Origin: Cyanobacteria bacterium auto_48_18
Lineage (GTDB): Bacteria > Cyanobacteriota > Vampirovibrionia > Obscuribacterales > Obscuribacteraceae
NCBI GenBank assembly: GCA_036170915.1
Contig: JAVHQC010000026.1
Span: forward strand, 64,001 to 128,000
Length of the DNA: 64,000 bases
Direction: 5' to 3'
The position numbers were made by a program, and so were the translations under genes. Under the pieces are notes generated by a model. The model was not told where the DNA came from. It was given only the letters and a program-made list of their open reading frames with translations, and searched no databases. This document shows positions 49,978 to 58,020 of the stretch, in pieces. The stretch's first letter is position 1, and each line of letters opens with the position of its first letter.

Positions 49978-51198
49978 TTATCTGCTGATAGACAAACTGC
50001 TGGTGCGTACAGGCTTCAGGCTGGCGATTTTCTCTTTCAAGCAGGAGATGGCCACTTTCATTTGCTTGTCTTTGTCTGGCTCGTTAATGTCTGGAATGAC
50101 GCCCACTTTATTGATATCAGCACCAGCAGCAGTGAGGTAACGGCTCACGGTGATATGAATGGCAGCTCCACCTGGTAGGCGGTTAATTTCTTGAACCAGT
50201 CCTTTGCCGTAAGTAGACTTACCAACAAGAACTGCACGGCCGTTATCTTTGAGTGCGCTGGCAAGAATTTCGGAAGCGCTAGCCGACTCTTCATCTACAA
50301 GAAGTACGATAGGCTGATGGGTAGCTGGTTCACCTGAAGCAATATCAGTGTGACGGCCATGGCGGCTGACAGTACTGACGATGGCACCACCCTCAAGAAG
50401 CATGTCTGAAATTTCCAGAGCGTTCGAGAGCAACCCGCCTGGATTGTCGCGCAAATCAACGATCAAGCCGTCAGCGCGTGAGAGTTTGCTCAAGGCAGCT
50501 TTAAATTCACGGGAGGCATCATTGGAAATAAAAGTTGAGAGATTGATGTAACCAATGTTGTTCGGCATCATTTTCGAGCTGACAGCATGAATGACAATTT
50601 CCTGACGGGTTATGTTGACCGTGCGCACTGTTGTGTTGCCTTCGCCTTTGAGGCTTAGTTGCACAGGACTTCCGGCTTTACCGCGGATTTTGTCGGCGGC
50701 TTGCTCAGGTGTCATGCCTACTGCAGATGTTCCGTCAATTCCGACAATTTCGTCTTTGCAGCGCACGCCGGCCAGTTCAGCCGGTCCGCCGTCAATGGTG
50801 CGTGTGACTACAAGGCGCTGCAAATCTTTTGTCTGTTGAAGGTTAATGCCGATGCCAACTATGCGTGCATCGATAGCATCATTTTCGTCCTGGAAAGCGC
50901 GTGGATCTAGGTATCTGGTGTAAGGATCGTTCAGACTCTCGAGCATCACTTTGATGTATTTTTGAGCGTCAGCCGGTGTTTTGATTTGGCTGTCAAATTT
51001 GTGCTCGAACTCGTTCCAGTTTTTGCCGTTGAAATTGCCGTCGTAGTAATTCTCGTGCACCAACTGCCAGGCGCGGTGATAGGTATCAACCGGCAAGGCA
51101 CGATGACCTGACGCTGGCTGTTGGTAGACCGAAGTTAAGGTCAAACAAACAAGCACGACAATAGTAGCTATGCGCTTCAACTGGCTCATAGAGAACAC
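49978..51198 (-). CDS. ctpA: carboxyl-terminal processing protease (S41A, PDZ)
   Basis: LNDPYTRY, GIGI PDZ loop, DLRDNPGGLL, SASASEI (catalytic Ser), TYGKG (catalytic Lys). Confidence 0.93.
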   Translation of the reverse strand: MFSMSQLKRIATIVVLVCLTLTSVYQQPASGHRALPVDTYHRAWQLVHENYYDGNFNGKNWNEFEHKFDSQIKTPADAQKYIKVMLESLNDPYTRYLDPRAFQDENDAIDARIVGIGINLQQTKDLQRLVVTRTIDGGPAELAGVRCKDEIVGIDGTSAVGMTPEQAADKIRGKAGSPVQLSLKGEGNTTVRTVNITRQEIVIHAVSSKMMPNNIGYINLSTFISNDASREFKAALSKLSRADGLIVDLRDNPGGLLSNALEISDMLLEGGAIVSTVSRHGRHTDIASGEPATHQPIVLLVDEESASASEILASALKDNGRAVLVGKSTYGKGLVQEINRLPGGAAIHITVSRYLTAAGADINKVGVIPDINEPDKDKQMKVAISCLKEKIASLKPVRTSSLSISR

Positions 51199-51326
51199 CT
51201 GAATATGAAAGTAAGACCGAACCGTTTACGCCTCACCCGAGGGAAGCATCACTATGTTCGTATCTCTTTTATTCCCACCAACAATGATTTTCATCGCCTG
51301 AAGATTAAACGTTTGCGCTTGGCAAC

Positions 51327-52952
51327 CTACTTTTTTGCATTTTCATTGTTTTTTTTATGAGCCGCATCTTTGAAGCCATATTCCGCCCATCGGCTCGCTA
51401 CCTGATCCTTAACCTCTTCAGACATGACAATGGGAGTGGGCCATTCGCGCTCAAATCCTTCTGATTTCCACTTGCGAGTGGCATCGATGCCAACTTTTGA
51501 ACCATATCCCATTAGTGGCGAGGCATGGTCGAGTATATCTACCGGCCCTTCCACGAACATCATGTCGCGCTTGGGGTCGGTATTGCCAAAAACGTGCAAG
51601 GCTACCTCTGAGAGATTGTGCACGTCTACGTCTTTGTCTACAACGATGGCAAACTTGGTGAACATCATCTGACCCAGGCCCCAGATGGCACTCATTACTT
51701 TGCGAGCATGGCCGGGAAAGCGTTTGTCGATGGCCACAATCACGCAATTATGGAATACCCCTTCCCAGGGCAAATTCATATCTGTAATCTCAGGCACCAG
51801 CATCTGCACCATAGGCATAAAGATGCGCTCGGTGGCTTTGCCTAAAAAACAGTCTTCTTGAGGCGGTTTGCCTACGATAGTGGTTTGATAAATCGGGTTT
51901 TTTCTGTGGGTTACAGCAGTGACATGATAGACAGGAAAAAGCCCGGCCAGGCTGTAAAAGCCCGTATGGTCGCCAAAAGGCCCTTCTCGCTTCAGATCTT
52001 TCTGGTCCACATATCCTTCTATAACAATTTCGGCTGAGGCCGGCACTTCGAGGTCGATGGTTTTACATTTGGCCAGGCGTACCGGGCTCTGCCTGAGGAA
52101 ACCGGCAAATATTAACTCGTCTATTTCGGGTGGTAGCGGTGCTGTGGCAGCATAAGTAATCGACGGATCAGCGCCGATTACTACAGCTACCTCCAGTCGG
52201 TTGCCCGGCTTTTCGTATTGTTCTTTTTCAAAGAAAGTGCCGTAATTTGGCGGCTCGCTTGGTTGCCCCGCCGGTGAATCGGGGTGAAGAGCGGCACCAT
52301 TGCCCGATTGAGTTGCATTCGTGATTGAATCTCGCCTGGAGTTTTCGAAATTTTTGGCGCCGTCATGATGTTTATGCCAGTGCATTCCGGTGGTGGAATT
52401 ATCGAATTTTTGCAGCCGATACATACCCACATTGCGGTTGCCGTTGTGCGGATCTTTAGTAATGATCGCTCCCATGGTAATGAATGGACCACCGTCTTCT
52501 GGCCAGCAGGTAATGATTGGAATTTTGTCCAGCATCGGATCATTTGGGTTGGTGATCACGACTTCCTGACAGGGTGCCGGACCGCTAACGACTTTAGGGG
52601 GAAATTTTCCCACTTCCATAATTGTGGGAAGGAAAGCCAGTTTAGCCATAAAACTTTCAGGCACTTTTGGCTTGATGAAAACGCGAATGCGGTCGGCGAT
52701 GGTGTCGAGGTCGTCGACTTCAAGCGACAGACACATTCTTTTCATCGAGCCTTGCGCGTTGATGAGCACCGGCATGTCATAGCCAATAACGTTTTCAAAA
52801 AGGATAGCTTTGTTTTCGCTGCCTGGCAGTTTGCTTACTCGGTCAGTGATTTCGGCAATTTCAAGATGAGCCGAGACCGGTACTTTGATGCGCATTAGCT
52901 CGCCAGCCTTGTCTAAAGCTTCGATGAATTCGCGCAGATCGTTATAAGCCAT
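51327..52952 (-). CDS. UbiD-family prFMN decarboxylase, menaquinone-biosynthesis type
   Basis: YNDLREFI, WPEDGGPFIT, RNVGMYR, EGPFGDHTGFY, LWG-like IWGLGQMMFTK, LDHA, KVGIDAT. Confidence 0.92.
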   Translation of the reverse strand: MAYNDLREFIEALDKAGELMRIKVPVSAHLEIAEITDRVSKLPGSENKAILFENVIGYDMPVLINAQGSMKRMCLSLEVDDLDTIADRIRVFIKPKVPESFMAKLAFLPTIMEVGKFPPKVVSGPAPCQEVVITNPNDPMLDKIPIITCWPEDGGPFITMGAIITKDPHNGNRNVGMYRLQKFDNSTTGMHWHKHHDGAKNFENSRRDSITNATQSGNGAALHPDSPAGQPSEPPNYGTFFEKEQYEKPGNRLEVAVVIGADPSITYAATAPLPPEIDELIFAGFLRQSPVRLAKCKTIDLEVPASAEIVIEGYVDQKDLKREGPFGDHTGFYSLAGLFPVYHVTAVTHRKNPIYQTTIVGKPPQEDCFLGKATERIFMPMVQMLVPEITDMNLPWEGVFHNCVIVAIDKRFPGHARKVMSAIWGLGQMMFTKFAIVVDKDVDVHNLSEVALHVFGNTDPKRDMMFVEGPVDILDHASPLMGYGSKVGIDATRKWKSEGFEREWPTPIVMSEEVKDQVASRWAEYGFKDAAHKKNNENAKK

Positions 52953-53362
52953 ATTAAAACTCCAGTTACAGATTCAATTCTAGAACTTGCAGCGGTCAGA
53001 AGACATATAAAGAACTCGATTGTTATAAAGGGTTTGATTGAATGCACGGTTTACAAGTGAGTGCTAAGCTGGAAGATGGTCATATTGATATGTATGAGGT
53101 CTGATTATGCACCGCGTTTTTGCTTGTTTCTTTTGCCTGATGGCAGCTTCGTGGTTAGGTTTTCAATGTTTGACTGCTTGTATGCTTAATCGGCCTGGTG
53201 CCTGACTTGTTCACAAGTAGATATGCAAAATATATCTATATTCCTCTAGCTAGATCATTTGCCTGGTTCAGGTGCTTGGCTATCGAATGTCGTATCGAAA
53301 CCCGCATCATCAGCTAGCTTGAGTGGATGCTGTGAATATACAAAAGATCTTCATCGGGGGAC

Positions 53363-53390
53363 TTCACAGCAATGCAATTTTCGCTATACT
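53363..53390 (+). promoter_or_regulatory. sigma70-like promoter
   Basis: TTCACA (53363-53368), 16-bp spacer, TATACT (53385-53390). Confidence 0.55.
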
Positions 53391-53396
53391 AATTAC

Positions 53397-53604
53397 ATAA
53401 GCGGTGAGCACACACCAATAAATAAGTTGTGTGCTTTGAGCCGAGGGGTTAAGTGGAAACTTCAGGTCTGCGCAGACCGGAAACTGTAGCGATACCCGCT
53501 GACTGTGGATTCTGACTTGAAGCAGTGAGAAATATCGAGCCTACGCAATAGGCAGTCAGACGATAGTAAAAACACCGCCGCAGATTTATCTGGGTGGTGT
53601 TTTT
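53397..53604 (+). ncRNA. candidate structured ncRNA of unknown family
   Basis: Promoter upstream, terminator downstream, nested stems with GNRA tetraloops, no credible ORF. Confidence 0.55.
53568..53604. terminator. bidirectional Rho-independent terminator
   Basis: AAAAACACCGCCGCAGATTTATCTGGGTGGTGTTTTT: A run, stem, T run. Confidence 0.8.
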
Positions 53605-53630
53605 ATTTTGAGCATTTACTGGGCGCACCA

Positions 53631-54557
53631 CTAGTGGTGTCGTTTCTCTAGGGGCGTATAGCTGTCGTTACGCTCTTCCAGCTCGGGTATCATTGTCGCT
53701 GGTGAACTATACAGGTCTGCAATAGGTTGCTTTGCTTGCTCGAGCATGGTGGCAATGCTTGCCTTTAGTTGCTCTTCACTCATGGCCCCGCGGTTGACAT
53801 TGGTGCTGGGAATTATGCCGCGATTGCCGGGGATAAAAATATAAACCGGTTTGCTCTGCACTCGAAAATGATGAGCAAGATCGGCATACTTTGGGTCTCC
53901 CACTGCGCTACTAATCAGTGAAATTGCTTTGAGTTCTGATTTGTCTTCGGCAGATTTACTACTGTGATCACTGATATACGCTTTTAGCGTCTCATTCGGT
54001 CCGGCCTCGCGATCAAAAAATTCGATCACTAGTGGTGCACTATGTAATTTGTGCAAAATTAAACTGGTGTACGAAAAATCGTTTTCTTTGGCCATGGCAT
54101 CGCGTCGCAATAAAAAATCATGACGATTAAGACGACTCTGGGCTAGCAGATATTTGGTATCAGCTTCTTTGGGTAACTCAGATATTTTGGTGCGCATCAA
54201 ATTGCGATAATTGACGACATTATCAACATGTGATTTTACCGCCACCAGCACAGCCGAATCTGGCGGGCCGCAAAGGTCTTGGTTGATTTCAAAATCTCCC
54301 ATCATTGATGCATTGCGAGCGTCGATGGAAATTATCTGATCGTCTTTTTGAATGCCTGCTAAAAGGGCCGGCGATTCTTCCATGACGCGAGTAATTACAG
54401 GATATTCTTGGTCAAGAAAAGCAAACTGCAGCCCAACTACACCAACGCTTGGAATTTCTACTTTCGCTTCTTCCGGTTTGCTCAAAAGCAGTGGCAGCAC
54501 CACTACCGTTACGGAAAGAAGCGCTAGAACAATAACAATCACCAGGCCTGGCCGCAC
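53631..54557 (-). CDS. membrane-anchored PDZ protein with Cys-less thioredoxin-like C-terminal domain
   Basis: N-terminal TM; GVVGLQF..SPALLAGIQKDDQIISID PDZ; PLVIEFF...LAHHFRVQSKPVYIFI. Confidence 0.65.
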   Translation of the reverse strand: MRPGLVIVIVLALLSVTVVVLPLLLSKPEEAKVEIPSVGVVGLQFAFLDQEYPVITRVMEESPALLAGIQKDDQIISIDARNASMMGDFEINQDLCGPPDSAVLVAVKSHVDNVVNYRNLMRTKISELPKEADTKYLLAQSRLNRHDFLLRRDAMAKENDFSYTSLILHKLHSAPLVIEFFDREAGPNETLKAYISDHSSKSAEDKSELKAISLISSAVGDPKYADLAHHFRVQSKPVYIFIPGNRGIIPSTNVNRGAMSEEQLKASIATMLEQAKQPIADLYSSPATMIPELEERNDSYTPLEKRHH

Positions 54558-54739
54558 TAGAAACCTCTCGACACAGCCCTAATGACGTTCCACAGCCTCT
54601 GTCAGTTCAAACATATAACTTGCAATATGCGCAAAATGGCTTTAATACTTGATTTTATCTATATTGGGGAACAAATAGCCCTTTTACTCGCCTCTAGCCA
54701 TGCGCGTGCCTTGAGCATGCGCGTAAAAAGGAGCCTATT

Positions 54740-55276
54740 ATGAACGACAAAATTGATCATCGGCACCCGCAGATAATAGGGCATTATCTCGAAGCCGGAT
54801 CTTTGGCAATCGTACCGGAGCGTCTTCGCCAACTGGCTGAACACGAGCATCCGCAGGTTAGAGCTAGAGTAGCTGAAAATCCTAATACTGAGAAAGATCT
54901 TTTGCTCAGACTGGCTGGTGACAGCGATTGTGATGTGCGCTGCGCCGCTGCCAGCCACACAGGCAGACACATGGAAGTTTTAGAGCTGCTGATGAGAGAC
55001 GAAAATCCAACCGTGCGTTTTGTGCTGGCAGAAGATGCTAACTGCCCCGAAGAAATTCTCGAAGCCTTACTTTATGACAGCAATCCTTATGTGTGCGACA
55101 GAGCCAATCGCACAATTAAGAGGCTGAGAACTGCGGGTTTTGGCAGAAACATGTCTGCAGCGGCACCAGGGTTTCCTGCGCGAGCGACGATTAACCCAAC
55201 AGCACCTAATATGCCTGACGCACCATATATTCCAAAACGCTCATTTAAAAAAGAAAATAGACGGGCGATCGGTTAG
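54740..55276 (+). CDS. HEAT/LRV-type repeat protein
   Basis: Repeats LAEHEHPQVRARVAENP, LAGDSDCDVRCAAA, LMRDENPTVRFVLAE; AGGAG RBS. Confidence 0.75.
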   Translation: MNDKIDHRHPQIIGHYLEAGSLAIVPERLRQLAEHEHPQVRARVAENPNTEKDLLLRLAGDSDCDVRCAAASHTGRHMEVLELLMRDENPTVRFVLAEDANCPEEILEALLYDSNPYVCDRANRTIKRLRTAGFGRNMSAAAPGFPARATINPTAPNMPDAPYIPKRSFKKENRRAIG

Positions 55277-55340
55277 GAGTAAAACTTTCGAGCACTTGGT
55301 ATAACTGCACGGTACATAATCGTGTCGTGTTCTTGCACAA

Positions 55341-55670
55341 GTGGAGTTACCAATGTCTCTCTTCAAACTATTGAATAATATTCCAGCCTCAACGTGCCTG
55401 GCTGCCGTGATCATCAGCATCAGTTCCACCCTGACATTGGCAGCTCAGGCTGATGATGGCAGTTTGACCAAAAGAGCCACCATTAACTGCGAAAAAGCTG
55501 AAAGTATTGCTCTTGAAAAATATGCCGGCGCTACAGTGAAAGAAATTAAACTGGACGGTGACGATCTGCCTCTAGTCTGGGATATTGAACTCAGACAAGA
55601 TAAATGGCATATACATATGGAAATTGATGCTAAATCTGGTGATATCGTCCGAAACGATAAACACAAATAG
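55341..55670 (+). CDS. PepSY-domain exported protein
   Basis: Signal peptide; INCEKAESIALEKYAG..VKEIKLD..WDIEL..IDAKSGDIV. Confidence 0.8.
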   Translation: MELPMSLFKLLNNIPASTCLAAVIISISSTLTLAAQADDGSLTKRATINCEKAESIALEKYAGATVKEIKLDGDDLPLVWDIELRQDKWHIHMEIDAKSGDIVRNDKHK

Positions 55671-55781
55671 ATTTAACCGTGGCGCTTAAACACTTATTTC
55701 AATCGGTGTAAAAGAGCTTTTTTGCTCAGCCGATTTTAGCTATGCTTAGGGAGTAATTTCTGATTTTCCCGGGGCAGGCTT

Positions 55782-57023
55782 ATGCGCATCCGGCTCATCC
55801 ATTCGAGCCTATGTTTGATCGCTATAATCATTGTTAGTACCGGTGTTAGTACCGGTGTTAGTACCGGTGTTAGTACCGGTGTGAGTTCCGGTGTCAATGC
55901 CGGGGCGGCCATGGCAAACGATATCAGCCGCCCAATTTTGCTAGATGCACCCAAGAAGCAAGGACAAACCGAAGCTGAGCGTCAGCACAGCGCCTGGCAA
56001 AATACCACCCAGACCGGGCAACAAGCACTGGCAGTGGGAGATTTGGTTGGCGCCCAGAGCGCATTTCGAGAGGCTCTTGATGCGGCAGAAAAATTTGGCC
56101 GCAAAGATTCGCGAGTAGCAGTCAGTCAAAGCAACCTTGGTCAGCTGTATAAAGCTCAGGGTAATTTTGAATTGGCTGAAAAAGCTTCGCGAAAATCTCT
56201 CGAATTGATTCGCGAAAATGGCTTGAAAGACAACTTTGGTTTCGCAGTCGAGCTGAGCAATCTGGCTGGAATATTGAAAGATCAAGGCAAATATGGCGAA
56301 GCGAAGCCACTGTATGAGGGCGCTCTGGCGATTTTGACCGAAGTGCGCGGTGCCGAGTCGGTAGAAGTGGCCACTGTTTACGACAATTTAGCAGTGCTTT
56401 ATCAGAAACAGGGTGACTACAAAGCGGCTGTGGCAGTGCAACTCAAGGCCACTGCCATTTACGAAAAAAAGTTAGGAGCCGATAACGCTGATCTGGCCAT
56501 TGGACTGGGCAATCTGGCCGAAAGCTATCGGGAGCTAAATCAGGGAATTAAGGCCCAACCTTTATATGAACGCTCTCTTGCGATCATGCGCAAGAACTAT
56601 GGCGAGCGACATCCGGCTGTAGCCACCGCACTGGATAACCTGGCCGGTTTCTATGTCAAAGAAGGCAAGCTCAAAGAAGCTGAAGACCTGCAACTAAAGG
56701 CACTCGAGACCTTCCGCGAAACGCTCGGTGGTAGGCATCCTGACGTGGCAATTTGTCTAGATAATCTTGCTGATCTGTATACGCGCCAGGGTAAAACTGA
56801 ACTGGCCCTGGAGAAAAGTGCAGAGTCTTTTGAAATTGCTGAAAAAACTTTGGGCAAAGAACACCCGCTCTCAGTGGGTATTAAGCACCGCATGGAAGAC
56901 CTGAAGATGCAGGATCTAAAACAGCAAGATCTGAAGTCGAAAGATTTGAAGACAAAAGATCTGAAGACAGAAGATCTGAAAATGCAAGAAACAGAAAAGC
57001 AAGAAGCTCAATCAAAAATCTGA
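55782..57023 (+). CDS. exported TPR protein (kinesin-light-chain-like 42-aa repeats)
   Basis: Repeated NLAxLYxxQGxYxxA..LG..HP.VA units; DLKxx repeats at the C-terminus. Confidence 0.88.
   Translation: MRIRLIHSSLCLIAIIIVSTGVSTGVSTGVSTGVSSGVNAGAAMANDISRPILLDAPKKQGQTEAERQHSAWQNTTQTGQQALAVGDLVGAQSAFREALDAAEKFGRKDSRVAVSQSNLGQLYKAQGNFELAEKASRKSLELIRENGLKDNFGFAVELSNLAGILKDQGKYGEAKPLYEGALAILTEVRGAESVEVATVYDNLAVLYQKQGDYKAAVAVQLKATAIYEKKLGADNADLAIGLGNLAESYRELNQGIKAQPLYERSLAIMRKNYGERHPAVATALDNLAGFYVKEGKLKEAEDLQLKALETFRETLGGRHPDVAICLDNLADLYTRQGKTELALEKSAESFEIAEKTLGKEHPLSVGIKHRMEDLKMQDLKQQDLKSKDLKTKDLKTEDLKMQETEKQEAQSKI
55833..55904 (+). repeat. 12-bp VNTR (GTTAGTACCGGT x4 plus two degenerate units)
   Basis: Read directly; encodes VSTG repeats in the signal-peptide region. 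Confidence 0.92.
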
Positions 57024-57029
57024 AGTGAT

Positions 57030-57272
57030 TTAGTTCAGGTCACCGTAAGGCGGCAAGCGCAACTCTAAATTGGAGAGCCAGAGCAGAAGCTCCAGCTGTC
57101 TTTCACCAAATACGTTGCTATTCACTGATTCATTTTGTAGTTCTTCAATCTGGCTATATGCCGCAGCTGATGCAGCAGCGGCTGACACAGCAGTTTGCAG
57201 CGAATTCAGAGCCTGTGCATGCCCCGGCTTCGAATACATACCACCATTGCCATTAAAAGCAAATTCCGACAC
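57030..57272 (-). CDS. hypothetical protein
   Basis: 80 aa; GAGGAG RBS before GTG start. Confidence 0.5.
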   Translation of the reverse strand: MSEFAFNGNGGMYSKPGHAQALNSLQTAVSAAAASAAAYSQIEELQNESVNSNVFGERQLELLLWLSNLELRLPPYGDLN

Positions 57273-57423
57273 CAGTCACTCCTCAGTAGATCTGTTGGCC
57301 AGATAACAATGACAGCTTAGCTCTTGTGAACCAGAATTTCATGTAGCCTGTCTCATAGCCACATGAAGTTTTTTTCGAGAAAGGCTCAAATTGGCTGTAA
57401 GCATCCCAGGCGCGCAATTTTGC

Positions 57424-58017
57424 TTAAGGGAGCGGGCTCACTTGTGTTGCTAGATGATTAAGGAAGCGCTGCCAGGCCTGACCACGGTGCGAAAGGCTGT
57501 TTTTCACCGCAGGCTCTAGTTGGGCGGCGGTTTGACTGCCACCCAGGGGCACAAAAAGCGGGTCAAAACCAAAACCGTTGGCACCATGCTCTTCTGTACT
57601 GAGCGTGCCCTGCCATCTTTCTTCGCAGGTGAAAAGCACTTCACCTTCGCTGTCTACCAGGGCAATGGCACACACAAATGCTGCTTGTCTTTGTGGTGCT
57701 GGTACATCTTTTAATTCCAACAACAATTTTTTGCGGCGGTCGCCGTCTGTGCCCTCGGCGTATCTGGCCGAATGAATTCCCGGCCGGCCGTTCATGGCTT
57801 CCACAGCCAGGCCAGAGTCGTCGGCAATGGCCGGTAAGTGACAGAGCGCGGCAGCGGCTCGGGCCTTTATCAAGGCGTTTTCGATAAAAGTGGTGCCGGT
57901 TTCTTCTGGGTTGAAATCTGGTGGTGCCAAGATCAAATCTAGATCAGGCGCCTGTTGGCTAAGCGCTTTAAATTCCGCTAGCTTACCGGGATTGCTGGTG
58001 GCTAGCACAATTTTCAT
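57424..58017 (-). CDS. rdgB: non-canonical purine NTP pyrophosphatase (Ham1)
   Basis: ATSNPGK, ENALIKA, ADDSGL, PGIHSAR, GFGFDPLF, KNSLSHRG. Confidence 0.96.
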   Translation of the reverse strand: MKIVLATSNPGKLAEFKALSQQAPDLDLILAPPDFNPEETGTTFIENALIKARAAAALCHLPAIADDSGLAVEAMNGRPGIHSARYAEGTDGDRRKKLLLELKDVPAPQRQAAFVCAIALVDSEGEVLFTCEERWQGTLSTEEHGANGFGFDPLFVPLGGSQTAAQLEPAVKNSLSHRGQAWQRFLNHLATQVSPLP

Positions 58018-58020
58018 CTT

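Noticed and set aside
53329..53370. GCTGTGAA...TTCACAGC inverted repeat as a CRP/NtcA site
   Set aside because: Half-sites are about 27 bp apart, not 6-8; it may still be regulatory as it overlaps the -35 box, but cannot be assigned
53461..53500. SRP RNA-like segment CAGACCGGAAACTGTAGC
   Set aside because: Lacks the conserved CAGG...GNRA...AGCAG symmetric loop and the long SRP rod; only a superficial resemblance
53259..53631. Short ORFs 53259..53489 and 53449..53631
   Set aside because: No RBS or motif; they cross the promoter and the terminator
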